From the NCBI GenBank assembly GCA_000388065.2, contig KB932201.1: a stretch of 46,305 bases of DNA; one strand, written 5' to 3'. The stretch's first letter is position 1, and each line of letters opens with the position of its first letter. The notes under the pieces were generated by a model, which was given only the letters and a program-made list of their open reading frames with translations, was not told where the DNA came from and did not search any database. Position numbers and translations under genes: made by a program. This DNA is from Fonticula alba ATCC 38817 (Eukaryota; Protista; Nucleariida). Positions 33,224 through 46,233 of this stretch are shown here, one piece after another.

Positions 33224-35326
33224 ATGTCCACCGAGACCTTTGCTTTCCAGGCTGAGATCAGCCAGCTGATGTCGCTGATCATCAACACTTTCTACTCCAA
33301 CAAGGATGTCTTCCTGCGTGAGCTGATCTCCAACGCCTCTGATGCTCTGGACAAGATCCGCTACCAGTCGCTGACCGACCCGTCCAAGCTGGACAGCGGC
33401 AAGGACCTGGAGATCTCCATCATCCCCAACAAGGAGGCTCGCACCCTGACCATCCGTGATACCGGTATCGGTATGACCAAGGCCGACCTGGTCAACAACC
33501 TCGGTACCATTGCCAAGTCCGGCACCAAGTCCTTCATGGAGGCCCTCCAGCAGGGTGCCGATATCTCCATGATCGGTCAGTTCGGTGTGGGCTTCTACTC
33601 CGCCTACCTGGTCGCCGAGAAGGTCCAGGTCACCTCCAAGCACAACGATGATGAGCAGTACACTTGGGAGTCCTCGGCCGGTGGCTCTTTCACCATCACC
33701 CAGGACGAGACCCCCACCCTCAACCGTGGTACCGCCATCACCCTCTTCATGAAGGACGACCAGCTGGCCTACCTTGAGGATGCCAAGATCAAGGAGATCG
33801 TCAAGACCCACTCCGAGTTCATCAGCTACCCGATCAAGCTCCAGGTCACCCGCGAGGTTGAGAAGGAGGTCGAGGACGACGAGGAGGAGGAGGTTGTCAA
33901 GCCCGCCGACGAGGAGGACGCCCAGGATGTCGAGTCCGACGACGAGGAGTCTGCCTCCAAGAAGAAGACCATCACCGAGGTGGAGACTTCCTTCGAGGAG
34001 CTCAACAAGACCAAGCCCCTGTGGACTCGCAACCCGGAGGGCATCACCAACGAGGAGTACGCCGCCTTCTACAAGTCCATCTCCAACGACTGGGAGGATC
34101 ACCTGGCCGTCAAGCACTTCTCCGTCGAGGGTCAGCTCGAGTTCCGTGCTATCCTCTTCGTTCCGGGCCGTGCTCCCTTCGACATGTTCGAGTCTCGCCG
34201 CAAGCGCAACAACATCAAGCTCTACGTGCGCCGTGTGTTCATCATGGACGACTGCGAGGAGCTCATGCCCGAGTGGCTGTCCTTCATCAAGGGTATCGTC
34301 GATTCCGAGGATCTGCCCCTGAACATTTCTCGTGAGACCCTGCAGCAGAACAAGATCCTCAAGGTCATCCGCAAGAATGTCGTCAAGAAGTGCGTCGAGC
34401 TCTTCCAGGAGATCGCCGAGGACAAGGAGCAGTACGCCAAGTTCTACGAGGCCTTCTCCAAGAACCTCAAGCTCGGTGTCCATGAGGACTCTCAGAACCG
34501 CGAGCGCCTGGCCCACCTCCTGCGCTACAAGTCCACCAAGTCCCTGGACGAGGCCACCTCCCTGGCCGACTACATCGAGCGCATGCCCGCCGAGCAGAAG
34601 GACATCTACTACATCACCGGCGAGTCTCAGGCCGCCGTCGAGAACTCTCCCTTCCTTGAGGCCCTCAAGAAGAAGAACCTCGAGGTCCTGTTCATGGTCG
34701 ACCCGATTGATGAGTACGCCGTTCAGCAGCTCCGCGAGTTCGAGGGCAAGAACCTGGTGTCCGTCACCAAGGAGGGCCTCGAGCTGCCCACCACCGAGGA
34801 GGAGACCGCCCGCTTCGAGAAGGTCAAGGCCGACTTCGAGCCCCTGTGCAAGCACCTGAAGGACATTCTCGGCGACAAGGTCGAGAAGGTCGTCGTGTCC
34901 AACCACATGGTGTCCTCCCCCTGCTCCCTGATCACCGGTGCCTATGGCTGGTCTGCCAACTTCGAGCGCATCATGAAGGCCCAGGCTCTGCGTGACACTG
35001 GCATGTCCTCGTACATGTCTTCCAAGAAGACCCTCGAGCTGAACCCCGACCACAAGATCATCACCACCATCAAGGAGAAGTTCGAGGAGGATGCCGGCTC
35101 CAAGACCGTCCACGATCTGACCATGCTCCTGTTCGACACTGCCCTCCTGTCTTCTGGCTTCTCCCTGGAGGACCCGAACAAGTTCGCTTCCCGCATCCAC
35201 CGCATGATCGCCCTGGGTCTGTCCCTGTCTGGCGACGACCACTCCGCCTCCGACATCGAGGACGGCCCGGCTTCCGATGATGATGCCCCCGAGCTCGAGT
35301 CCTCCACCATGGAGGAGGTCGACTAA
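33224..35326 (+). CDS. HSP90: Cytosolic heat shock protein 90, no intron in CDS, 700 aa
   Basis: [65 protein letters not shown] and C-terminal MEEVD. Confidence 0.99.
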   Translation: MSTETFAFQAEISQLMSLIINTFYSNKDVFLRELISNASDALDKIRYQSLTDPSKLDSGKDLEISIIPNKEARTLTIRDTGIGMTKADLVNNLGTIAKSGTKSFMEALQQGADISMIGQFGVGFYSAYLVAEKVQVTSKHNDDEQYTWESSAGGSFTITQDETPTLNRGTAITLFMKDDQLAYLEDAKIKEIVKTHSEFISYPIKLQVTREVEKEVEDDEEEEVVKPADEEDAQDVESDDEESASKKKTITEVETSFEELNKTKPLWTRNPEGITNEEYAAFYKSISNDWEDHLAVKHFSVEGQLEFRAILFVPGRAPFDMFESRRKRNNIKLYVRRVFIMDDCEELMPEWLSFIKGIVDSEDLPLNISRETLQQNKILKVIRKNVVKKCVELFQEIAEDKEQYAKFYEAFSKNLKLGVHEDSQNRERLAHLLRYKSTKSLDEATSLADYIERMPAEQKDIYYITGESQAAVENSPFLEALKKKNLEVLFMVDPIDEYAVQQLREFEGKNLVSVTKEGLELPTTEEETARFEKVKADFEPLCKHLKDILGDKVEKVVVSNHMVSSPCSLITGAYGWSANFERIMKAQALRDTGMSSYMSSKKTLELNPDHKIITTIKEKFEEDAGSKTVHDLTMLLFDTALLSSGFSLEDPNKFASRIHRMIALGLSLSGDDHSASDIEDGPASDDDAPELESSTMEEVD

Positions 35327-35726
35327 GTGTGTGTGCGCATATGTCCTCTGCAGCGCGGGGCGCGCCTCTCCCCCTTTCTGTCCTCCTCCGGCTTCTCTCT
35401 CTCTCTCTCTCTCTTCCCATATCGGGGGGCGAGCGAGAGGCAGGGCAATATGGTGTGCGGAGAGAGAGATGCTGGCCGCCTCGCTGCGCGCGCTCCCCCC
35501 TCCCTCTTTTCTCCCCTCTCAGAGATCACTCTTCTCTCCTCGTCCTCTCCCTCTCTCAAGCGTGTGAGGGGAGGAGAGAAAAGGGCCTTCGGCGCAGCGT
35601 GTGCATGTGTGTGCATGCGCGCGCAAAGCGCAAAGCCTGCTTGATTATGCGGCGCTGTGCACCACGGCTCCCCTTGCCGCGCCGCCCCCCTTCAAATACA
35701 CAAACACCTATAGAAGCGTGCTTTTT

Positions 35727-35818
35727 CTTTCTCTTCTCCCTCTTCGTTCCTTTCTCTTCCCCCTCTTCGTTCCTTTCTCTTCTCCCTCTTCGTTCCTTTC
35801 TCTTCTCCCTCTTCTTCC
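35727..35818. repeat. Tandem 23-nt pyrimidine minisatellite (CTCTTCGTTCCTTTCTCTTCTCC), about 3.5 copies
   Basis: Copies begin at about 35740, 35763 and 35786, with partial flanks. Confidence 0.85.
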
Positions 35819-37551
35819 AACCGGTTGTGTGCGCACGCGGACGCGGGTGTCTGAAGCAGAGCTCTCCTGGTGGTGGACCTCCCTGTGCCGTGCTTTTTTC
35901 CTATGAAGTGCCTTTCATGCTCCTCATTCGGGATCGAGGCAGCAAAGGACCTGAGCAGAGGGGCTGTTTGAGACAGTCTGGCGGGTGGGCGGGGGGGGGG
36001 GGGGGGGCGGCGGGGGGGTCAAGAGAGCACGGAGAGACGACAGCGAAGATTCGGCCTCGAGATTCTCCTCCATTTTGGGCCCCCCCCGTCCGCCCCTCAT
36101 TCAGGACGGTGGCCCTGCTCCTCAAGTGTCACGTTCTGCCATTTCAAACCCGCATTTTTGAGATCACCACAATTCACGTGCTCAAGGGACCACAGGCCCG
36201 GCCCGAATTATGCGCCCCTGCCGTTCATGGCGCGTGCCCCGACCGCGAAAGAGGGAAGCTCTCCCGGCAGGTGGCCTTCCCCCACACACACGAGTGTGTT
36301 GCTTTCTTGGCCTCTCATGGGGGTGTGGGTCTCGGAAAAAGGCGCGTGTGGCCAGCGGCCGCCGTTGCGGGCCCCCACGCCGCGAAGCCGAAGGGCAAGA
36401 GGGTGCAATACAAGCTCGAGTGGCGGGAAGGAAAATGCGCCTGCAGGTGCGGGTGTGGGGCAGGGCAACAGCATGGGCGTTCCCCAGGAGATTCCCTCGC
36501 CGCCGTGCCCACGCACCGCGAGGGCCCGACCCATTTCTCGGGGCCGGGCCTGGCCCACGGGGGGGGGGGGGGTGAGGCACAGCCTTTGGTGTGTCGACAA
36601 CAGCGCCGGGCCCAGTGGAGGGAGGGCGGGGAGAGTTGGCCTCGACCATCCCCTGGGGACGATGGGGACGCTCCTTTGAAAACAATCCCCTGAGCCGGGA
36701 TATCCCCTTCTGCAGCTGCCCCTGGCCCTGCGGTGCACACCTCGCATCCCCGTCGTAGAATGTGCAAGGACACGCTCTTTTTTGAGATAGGCGCCCGGGG
36801 GGGCGGCACATCTGCGAGAGAGAGAAAGAGAGACCCCTCCCGGTCGAAACAAGTGTTCCCCTGACCCGGTGTGAGCATGCCCGCCTGCCTACCCGCCTGC
36901 CCGCCCGCTCGCCCGCCCCCGGAGAGTGGCCCATGCTTCCCCGCGCGCGCGCGCGCGCCACGGAGGGCGAGAACGCGCTGGCGAGATCCGTGCGGCCCTT
37001 GGGACGGTCAGATTCGGGCGTCCCGCCCGGCCTCCCGTTCTCCCGCCCGGCCTCTCGTGGCGCGGGGAGCCGATCGTCCGGGAGATCGACATGCCAGATC
37101 GCCCCGCTTCTTTTTGCTTAGAAACGGTCTCAGGTGGGACCGCCGCCCGGTAGCACTCGCGGGCATTTCCCCCAGCAGAGCCGGGCTCACGCGGCGAGTA
37201 GGTGCAAGAAAGGGAAAGAGAGCCCGCGGGAACGCATCAGGAAAAAAAACAATAATAAAGGGATTCACCCCGGGAAGCCCTTTGCGCGTGTGTAGCTCCC
37301 CCCCCCCTCTTCCATCCCTCGGCCCCTTTTGGCCCCTTTTCCATTCTTCCACCCCCTCCCATTCCCCCCCCCCTCCTCCTTTTGGTGATTGATGCCACCG
37401 CTGTCAATCCCCGCCTCGATTCGCTTGTCGTCGTCGTCGTCTCCCCTCTCCCACTTTCTGCGCCCTCCCTCGCGCTCTTGATGTAGACCACTCGCCCCCC
37501 CCCGGCTTCGACCAACTCCACTCCGGGCGGTCTCTCTCCCCCCCTTTTTCC

Positions 37552-37586
37552 TCCCGCCTCCCGCCTCCCGCCTCCCGCCTCCCGCC
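37552..37586. repeat. (TCCCGCC)5 heptamer repeat just upstream of the IPMK ATG
   Basis: Five perfect tandem copies ending 19 nt before the start codon. Confidence 0.9.
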
Positions 37587-37605
37587 TCCCCTACCCCTGT
37601 CCCAA

Positions 37606-39347
37606 ATGTCCCTCACCGCATCTGAGATCGCCTCCGCCTGGGAGGGCCTCTTCCAAGGGTCACTCGCGCCGCTGGGTCCGCAGGTAGGCGGACATTTCAC
37701 GGCCCCGGCTGTGACATCGACGAAGGCCTCCTCCAGCGTGGCCACGGCCAAGGTCACTTCCTCGGCCCTGGCAGGCAATCTCCTGTCACCGCCAGCCTCG
37801 CCACCAGCCTCGCCACCGCCTCCCCCGCCGATTGAGGGCGGCAAGCTGCCGGTGCTCGAGTGCGGCCCCCTCATCTTTAAGCCTCTGATCGCCGACACCC
37901 GTGCCCACCGGGAGAGACGCTTTTACCAGGTTCTCTTCCCCGACGTGCCGGACTTTTCCCCGAATGCCGGGGCCATCAGCCCGGGGAATAAGCCCCCCAC
38001 CAATCGCATCGACGCGCTTTCCCACCTGCGGCCCTTCATCCCCCGGTACTTCGGGTCTGGCCGCGCCAATGGGATTGGTACTGTCACCCCCCTCCTCCCT
38101 CCTCCCCCACTCGTTCCCTGGTCATTGCCCCCCCCCCCCCCGCCTTTCGATACTCCCTACAAGCCTGTTGTCGTCGGACTCCTTACTCCCCTCCCCCCCC
38201 CTCCTCCCCCTTCATCCGGGAGTAGATTACATCTGTCTCGAAAATCTGGCCTTCTCAGCCACGCGGCCGGCCGTGGTTGACCTGAAGGTGGGGCGGATCG
38301 CCTGCTCCCCGAACGCCTCGACCAAGCGCAAGCAAAAGGAACTGGAAAAGTACATCTGGCAAGAGCTCATTGGCTTCCGTGTCACCGGTATGAAGGTATG
38401 TCTTCCCCCTTTTGCCTCTCGCCTGCCGCGCCCTTCTGGCCCTCCCTTGCCGGGGCTGGTCACGGTTCTCATGCCCATCTCCTTCTTCATCCTCCCGCGA
38501 TCGCCAGTCCTACTCCTCGAGTGGGGAAATACTTGATGCCGATCGCATGTACGGGCGGACTCTGGGCCCGGATTCCGTGAGCCTGGCCTTTCGGCATTTC
38601 TTCCGCCTGGAAGAGCTGTATGTGGAGTTGGCACAGAGCGGCCATGCTGAACTCCTGCAATCCAAGCCTGGCTCCCCTCTACACCAAGCCCTTGCTCGCG
38701 AGCTTGCTGCCCGGTGGCGTGGAACTCCCGGCCATGCAGTCGGCCTGCCGCCTGCCTATCCCATCCCTTCAGACGTCTTCAGCGCCACTGGCTCCGGCCG
38801 AGGCCCGTCCGTCCTATCATGGAGTTCTGGCCTGCCTTTCTGTTCTCCACCAGCCCGAGGTCCGATCGAGGGTCCTGTGACATCCAAGCGCCGGACATCT
38901 GAAACCCTGGTTGCACGCCTGCTCGGGCGGCTGTTGCTCCTGCGCACAGCGCACTGGCAATTGTCCAACCTCGAGCGGGCTCTTCGCCTGCAGGGAGCCT
39001 TCCACATCTACAGCAGCTCGGTCTTGATCATCTATGACGATGCCTTCCTGGACCAGGAGCTCCCCTCCACCCGACCGGACGATTTGAGCATCTTCCCTCC
39101 GGTTGGACTTCCCCCTTCGGCAGCGACCATGGCAGGAGAACAGCTACCGCTGCCCGAGCAAATGCCCGCATGGGCTCAACATTGTCCAGTTACTGTGCGG
39201 CTGATTGACTTTGCCCACGCCCTGGATGCCACCCCGGCCGGCTCACCCGACCAAAGCACTCTCTATGGTGTTGGTTCGATCATGTCCTGTGTGGAGCAAC
39301 TCATCGCCGAGGTGGAGATCTTGCTGGACCACTTGATGCACCTGTAG
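37606..39347 (+). CDS. IPMK: Inositol polyphosphate kinase (IPMK/Arg82/IP6K family), 3 exons, 493 aa predicted
   Basis: Exons 37606-38077, 38226-38395, 38508-39347. Family motifs QVGGH, YICLENL, PAVVDLKVG (PxxxDxKxG), GFRVTGMK, YSSSVLIIYD, VRLIDFAH. IPMK versus IP6K subfamily is not resolved by eye. Confidence 0.88.
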
Positions 39348-39619
39348 AGGCAAAGGTGGTCCTCTTCTTGTCTTCGCCCCCCCCCCCCCCTCCCCCCCTG
39401 AATAGACCACTTTCCCCTATCTCTCTCTCTCTCCCCCCCCTCGCCTCCCTTCTCGATGTCTTTTGTGAGAGAGTGTCACCGGCTACTCGCACGAGGAATC
39501 TATTGCATGTGGGCGCACATGTCGCTTTCCAGGGGGGGGGGGGGGGGGAATATTTGCATGAAAGCTTGCCCATGCACATCCATACAATGTGCAGCGTCTC
39601 TTCAATGACAAGGGGACCT

Positions 39620-41040
39620 TTAGAACTGGGTTTTGAGCCAGCGATGCTTGGCCAGCTTCAGCAGGAGCGGCACGCTCGGATGCTTGGCCGATGGGATGAC
39701 TGATGCCCGATCACAGAAGGGATCAAACTGCACAGCCGGCAGGGCCAGCGTGTCCAGATAGTGCTGCAGGGGAATGGCCACGCCGGCCAAAACCGCCACC
39801 GAATCACTGGGCAGATGAGCCCCCGGCAGAAGGCCAAACATGCGCCGGCCGAAGGTCTTTCCGGCGGAGGGGTTTCCAGCGGCCGCAGCATTGGAGGAAC
39901 CATAGACCATGGTCCGAGCGGTGATTAGATGATCATTGGCGCGTGTGGCCAACTCGAAGACCGCGTCACACAGCTCCGTCGGGGTTTTGGCCCCGGGGGC
40001 CAATCGCAGGATGGCCTCCTCGCGAAGATTGTGCTACGCAGGGTCAAACGGGACGGGGCAGAAAGCGGCAGGGGTGGTGAGCATGCAGGCAATACAAGCA
40101 AGTACATCCAAAACCAGGACAGGGTGGAAAGGAGGGGCAACGGAAGGTGTGCATGTGCACGAGGGAGAGAGAGAGAGAGGGGGGGGGAGAGGTGATTCGG
40201 AGGAGGGGAGACGGGAGAGGAGGGCACCTTCATGACCAGATCCACCGGCAGCAAAAGCCGGCCCTGAGCCTTGTCGATTCTCATGGCCCGAATGACATTG
40301 ACAATGGCGGCCGCCTGGCCGACATGGGAGGCCGCATGCTCGGCCAGAGAGCCAGTCTCCTCGGTGCCACCAGCCCCCAGGCCAGCCGCCTGCAGACAGA
40401 GGCTAAGTACTGTGCCGGAGGTGTTTTCACCAAAGCGCTCCAGCTCATCCAGAGAGCCAAAAGCCCGATGCCCGGCGGCATGACGCTTCGACCGTTCATC
40501 CACCAGACGGGCGAGCCAGCGCCGAGACAGGGGGCGCACGCTGCGATGGAAGGCCCGCAGGGTGACGGCAATCGGATGCTGCTGCGCGGAGATCCCTCCG
40601 CCAGGAATATTGGCCGGATCTGTGTCCTTGCTTGGCGCCCGGGCATAGATGGCCCCGATGACCTCGCGCCAGTAGGCGTAGCGGATCTCCGCCAGGCGAG
40701 GGTCCGTGGCGGCCGAGGAGATGTGGCTGGCCTCGAGACTGAGGCAGCGGATGGCCATCCAGGCAATCTGGGTCGACGCGGGGGCCGGGAAAAAGTGCGT
40801 CGCCAGGAAGGCTTCATAGTCCCCGGTTCGCAAGCTTTCCCTGAGATGATTGACGCCTCGCTGGAGGGTCTTTGGGTCATTCGTGGAGTCGAGTCCGGTC
40901 GACTCGGGGCCACCCGGGGGGGGGGAGGTGGACAGGTGCCGATTCGGGGAGCTCAAAAAAGTAGAGGCAGCTGTGGCCCGGGCCAACTGCAGGCCCACCG
41001 GGGTGAGGCCCTGGCCCACGGGGGAGAGGAGACGAAGCAT
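39620..41040 (-). CDS. NDUFAF6: NADH dehydrogenase assembly factor 6 (squalene/phytoene synthase-like fold), 2 exons, 408 aa predicted
   Basis: Exons 40228-41040 and 39620-40033. Mitochondrial presequence-like N-terminus; DYEAFL, RLAEIRYAYWREVI, HPIAVTL, HAASHVGQAAAI, GRLLLPVDL, DAVFELATRANDHL. Confidence 0.88.
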
Positions 41041-41908
41041 GAACAAAGAGACGAGGATGGGGAACGCAAGCGGGGGGATGCAGAGGGAAAGGCGAAGGGC
41101 AGCGGCTGGGGGGGGGGGGGAATCTGTGCTTGTGAAGCCTGAAGACCATGCCTCAGCGTCACCCACAGGGCACATGGTCTTGAGGGGGAGTTTAAGAGGG
41201 ATCAAGATGTCGAAGGCGATAACCGGCATCTGTGAGTCAGCAAGAGGGAGGGCGAGAGAGGAAAGGAGACAGAGCCGACAGAGGGAGGATCCTGCTCTCG
41301 GCCCCCTGCCCCCCTCCCCTCCCCCCCGCTGAGGATGGGCAGATTGAAGAAGAAAGGCGGGCCAGCTCGACACGTGATACGACATGACGAGTGTGTCCCG
41401 GCCCAGGGGGGGGAGGGACCTGCTGCCATCCCTCGCCGTGGCCCTCTCAACACGTTCGGGCGAAGGGGAGGAGGAAAGGAAGAGGAAGAGGCCCTCTCTG
41501 GCAGGCGTAAACTCTTTGGTGGTATATTTCGAGGGTACAAGGACACAAGCGTGCATTTAGGGGCGGGTGCGTGCGCGCATGACCGAGCTAGCTCGGTCCG
41601 GGGACATGTGCGCCCCCAAGCCTATCCTGCGTAAGTGTGCGGGAACAGGAGGGCAAAGTGAGAGGTCACACAGGGGAGGAAGGGTGCGCGCTGGGGGCCC
41701 GAGAGGGTGTCCTGCCATGCGTGCGCACATGCCGGTGCATGTGCAAACGTGTACACTTGTGCATGCATATAAATGTTTTGATGTATGGAAATACATGTAA
41801 TGGGGGCGGGGGAGCAGCAAGAGGAAAAGGAGGGAGGCGGGGGGGGGGGGGGGAAGATTGTACAGAGATGCATGCGCATACATAAATCTAAGGCACACAG
41901 GCGCGAGC

Positions 41909-44533
41909 TTAGTCCTGGGCCTCGGTGAGCTTGTTCATGTTCGGCACGATGTGGGTGCGGAAGTAGTCCAGGGCCTTGCTCTGCACCTCAAGGTTGTGGC
42001 GGGCGGTCAGGACATGGATCATCTCGGCACGGAGGCGCACGCAGTCCAGAGCCTGGTTGTAGTAGCCGATGGCACGGCTGATGTCCTCAGGGTTGCCGGA
42101 GGTCGAGGAAGAGTAGTGCTGCGCGAGCAGGAGCATGGCCATGTCGTTGCGCGGGTCCAGCTCGAGGGCCTTCTCCAGGAGACCGACGACGGTGGCGCGG
42201 TCCTCGGCCGGGAAAGCACCAACATCAGGCTGGCCACCGTTGCTGTTGGCACTGGCGGTGATGAAGCGGCTGAAGATGAGGTTGGCCTCGGCGATGTAGA
42301 ACAGCGGGAAGTCCTTGAAGCGCTTCTGGCCTGCGGAGGGAGAAGGCAGCGAGGAGGGTCAGCAATCATACGTCAGGTGTGGGACAGGAGAGAGGGGAGA
42401 GAGAGAGAGAGAAAGAGGGGGGGGGGGAGCAATGAGGCGACAGCAGCGCGGAATCCCAAATGCGTACCCTCCCGGAGGAACTTCTCAGCCTCATCGAAGC
42501 GCTGCATGTTGGCAAGGCTCTCCACGAAGTGGAAGACCAGGTCCGGAACGTGGGGGAACTTGGCCTGGACAGACTCGAACTGATTCTGCAGGGAGATGAT
42601 CTCATCCATGCTGCTGGCCATAGCCTGCATGGCGGTGAAGCGCTGGAGGTAGGCCACGTAGGAGGCCTCGCCCTTGGCGATGATCATGTCGAAGTCCTCG
42701 AGAGCCTTGTCCAGGGAGTTGCGCAGGAGGTTCAGCTGGGCCGTGTGCAGGTAGAGATCCGAGTCGGTGGGATCCAGCTGCTTGCCCTTGTCCAGGTCGA
42801 GGAAGGCCACATCGTGGCCGTCGATCTCCGAGTTGATGGAGGCACGGCGGATGTAGGCGCTGGAGGTGGGCTCCAGCTCGATGGAGCGGTCGATGTCGGC
42901 CAGGGCCTCCGGGGCCAGGCCGGCCAGGAAGTAGAAGGTACCACGCAGGTTGTAGGCCTTGCCCAGGTGCTGGGTGTTGTTGGCGATGGCCAGGTGGATG
43001 GTGTCGAAGCTCTCATCATACTCGCCCTGGTGCAGCAGGTGGATGGCCGTGCGGAAGAGGTGGTCGCCATCGGTGGAGTCGGCCGAGGCGGGCTCCTCGC
43101 CGTCGGCAAGGGTGGGGTAGGTGGCGTAGATGTTGTTGTGGAAGCTGTCCAGGTAGTTGCGCACGGTGAAGTAGGAGGGGACCCGGGCCTTGCGAGAGGC
43201 GATGATGTCATCGACCTCGGAGGCGGCCATGCGCTGGCAGAGGGCCTCACACTGCTGGATGATGCTGTCCATGTTGGCGGGCTCCATGTGCGAGAGGATC
43301 AGGCAGTCGACGGCGGCCAGGTTGAACTTCTTCAGCTCGGTGTAGGCGGTCATGCGGCGACGCAGAGCGCGGATGTACAGAGGGCTGAGAGTGAGAGCTG
43401 GGTAGGTGGCAGCCAAGGGACGGAGTCGAAGGGAGGAGTTAGCCAGCGAGCCGGGGAGGGGGGGGGGGGGGGGCGGGGGGAGTCTACACACACGCATACA
43501 CGCGAAGCAGAGTAGGGCGGAGGGATGATTGAGGGAGCGCACCCATGGAGGTATCAGCGACACACTGCTCCAGGTCACCGAGGTAGAAATGGGAGGTGCC
43601 ACGGTTGTGGTAGAGGAAGGACAGGGTCTTCTCCGAGGCGTCGGGGGACTCGATGCCGGAGGTGTAGAAGGCAATGGCATCAGCATACTTGCCAGCCTTG
43701 AAGGCGGCGTTGCCCTTGACACGGAAGCCATCGGAGACGGTTTGCGAGCTGGCGCTGGCGTCGGTAGCCTTGGAGCTCTTGACCTGGTGGGGTGAATGAA
43801 AGTGGGGGCAAGGGTGTAAGCAAAGAGGGTGGGGGGGGGGGGAGGGCGGCCAGTTGGTTGGCTGGGGAGGGAAATGGCCGGTTGCGCGCACCTTGGCAAC
43901 AAGCTCGTCGGTCTTGACACCGTTCTCAGTGGTGCGGGCTGCTCGGATGGGGGAGGGGGGGGGGGNNNNNNNNNNNNNNNNNNNNNNNNNNNNNNNNNNN
44001 NNNNNNNNNNNNNNNNNNNNNNNNNNNNNNNNNNNNNNNNNNNNNNNNNNNNNNNNNNNNNNNNNNNNNNNNNNNNNNNNNNNNNNNNNNNNNNNNNNNN
44101 NNNNNNNNNNNNNNNNNNNNNNNNNNNNNNNNNNNNNNNNNNNNNNNNNNNNNNNNNNNNNNNNNNNNNNNNNNNNNNNNNNNNNNNNNNNNNNNNGGGG
44201 GGGGGGCGACAGAAACATACCGGAGCTGGCAGTCATGGGAGGAGTGTTGAGCTTCTCGGAAGCGATGCGGCGGCGAGAGTTGTTCAGCCAGAAGGTCGTC
44301 CCGATGATGGCAGCGATAGAGGCCAGAATGCCACCAGTGAGCAGGGGGTTGGCGCGGATCCAGTGGACCAGACGATCGAGGATCATGCTCGACTGATCAA
44401 CAACCTTGGTGACGAAGCTGGACACCGAGGTGGTGGTGGCCACGGTGCCGGCAGCGCCAGCGGTGGCCAGAGCAGCCGCGGTGGCCGGGGTGACGTTAGG
44501 AGGGAGGGAGGTGAAGGTGGGATTGGCAGACAT
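41909..44533 (-). CDS. TOM70: Mitochondrial import receptor TOM70, 5 exons, 651 aa predicted (intron 1 spans an N gap)
   Basis: Exons 44221-44533, 43892-43941, 43543-43783, 42468-43397, 41909-42330. N-terminal TM segment (LLTGGILASIAAIIGTTFWL) followed by basic residues; clamp TPR FRVKGNAAFKAGKYADAIAFYT, YHNR; AYNLRGTFYFL, YIRRAS, ALEDF. Confidence 0.9.
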
Positions 44534-44964
44534 GGCGATGTGTGCGAGGGGAGGGGGGGGGAAGGGGGAGAGGCTTCGACTGTGCCGGCAACGGGGAGAG
44601 GCGGCGGGCGGGGGATGCTCAGTCGGGGTGCTGTCTGGAGGGCGCGGGAGAGGGGCCGGGCGCAGTGTGGGCCGGGAAAAAGTACTCCCCACTGCCTGGG
44701 ACTAGGAGCGGCCGGAGGGGGGAACAGCTGGGGCCCACATGCGTGTGTCTCCGAATCCCAGCATCCCCGTCTGGCCGAGGGGGGGGGGTGGGCTGAAGAT
44801 ACTGAACATCACGCGGTTGCGGGTGTTGGTGCGGTAGCATGGGGGGCGGGAGGCAACGCCGAGCCGGCCTTCCAGTGCACACTGCCCGGGCATTGGGGGT
44901 CGGCGCGCTCTTGGCCCAGCAGCTCCGGGGGCTGGAGAGCGTGGGCTCGGCCTCCAGCAGGCCA

Positions 44965-45010
44965 GGGGGGGGGGGGGGGGGGGGCCCAACCCGCCCCCCG
45001 GCCCCCCCCC

Positions 45011-45042
<32 letters not shown>

Positions 45043-45051
45043 CGGGGGGAG

Positions 45052-45091
<40 letters not shown>

Positions 45092-45120
45092 CGGGGGGGG
45101 GGGGGGGGGGGGGGGGGGGG
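44965..45120. repeat. G/C homopolymer block upstream of TOM70
   Basis: Several G runs of 15-40 nt interleaved with C runs. Confidence 0.9.
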
Positions 45121-45903
45121 GAGTGCCCAATCCGTCTCTCGGCCGCTCCCCCCGGGGGGAGGGGGGGGGAGGTGTGTGGGTACGAAGAGAGAAAGAGAGA
45201 GACAGAGACCGGATTCACCGAGGAGACACTCCCCCGAGGACCACTCCCTCGCGTTATTTGCCTTTACCCCACCCCCGGGGGGCTGGGGCGGAGAGGGCGA
45301 TCTCCGTGCTCGAAATGCCCCCTTGAACGGGCGACCGTTTGTGCGGCTCTCCAGGCCGGCGAGGCTGAGAGCCCCAGCCAACAACTGATTGTGCAAGCGG
45401 CTCCCCGAGCGCGCCGGGGGCGGTGCTATCAGCCCGCGTCCCGCCAGCACAGGCGGGTGAGGCGTTCTCGAGTCTGGTCCCCCCTCGGGGGGGTTGAACT
45501 CCAGCGTGACAGGGTTTTTTTTTTGCCACCCGATTGTTCATCACTCAGAAGCACTCCCCCCGGTGTGGAAACTCACCGCCGATCTCCAATGGGAGACCTC
45601 TCATACTATCATTGGATAACAGGGCACCGAACACCATTTCCACCGGGGAAGGGTGAGTACTCATTTTCACGCTCCGAGATCGCGTGATGGCATCACGCCG
45701 CACGTCGATCGATCGTCCGGCCAACAAGCGGACGCACTTCTCCAAGAGCCCACTGATTTTAGACTGCGGAATCCAACCAGTCCACCCACCTCACACACCC
45801 ACCAGCAACAGCCCTTCCGCACCGCCCATCTCGAAGTCTCCTCCTTTCCCCCCCCCCCCCTCGGCCTTTGGCTTCCGCTCCGACCGCGCCTCTCCACCAA
45901 AAC

Positions 45904-46233
45904 ATGGATGACCCGCCAGGTCGGTCCTTTCGCCTTGATGGGCGAAACTCCTTCTACTCGCGGATGGCTCACCAGCTGGGGCCGTCCTTTTTTCTGATCG
46001 GTGGCTTTTGGGCCCTCGGATGGGCCGTCTTTGTGCATCTGGATTTCGGTGCCCCCTATTTTGCCCTCTCATTGATCCTGCTGCTCATTCTTTTCGGGGG
46101 GAGACGGCGCTCCGAGCAGGGCCCCCGCCGCCCGGGGGAACTCAGCGCCTATGCTGCCTTCAATCCCGGCGGCGAGCGGATCCTCGGTGACCGCAGGCCG
46201 GAGGAAATGGTGCGACAGCTGGTTGTCGGGTAG
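45904..46233 (+). CDS. SAYSD1: SAYSvFN domain-containing membrane protein, at least 109 aa (true N-terminus uncertain)
   Basis: Hydrophobic hairpin (FWALGWAVFVHLDFGAPYFALSLILLLILF) followed by ELSAYAAFNPGGERILG, a variant of the SAYSVFN motif. Confidence 0.85.
   Translation: MDDPPGRSFRLDGRNSFYSRMAHQLGPSFFLIGGFWALGWAVFVHLDFGAPYFALSLILLLILFGGRRRSEQGPRRPGELSAYAAFNPGGERILGDRRPEEMVRQLVVG

Noticed and set aside
33170-35242. 690-aa minus-strand ORF
   Set aside because: Antisense shadow of codon-biased HSP90; the same applies to 42460-43515 (TOM70), 15903-17537 (EPL1) and 2315-3181 (RPS15A).
45560-45660. GAAA-tetraloop hairpin (SRP-like?) and a GTGAGT-bounded upstream SAYSD1 exon
   Set aside because: No other SRP helix motifs; the donor type is atypical for this locus and the peptide has no support.
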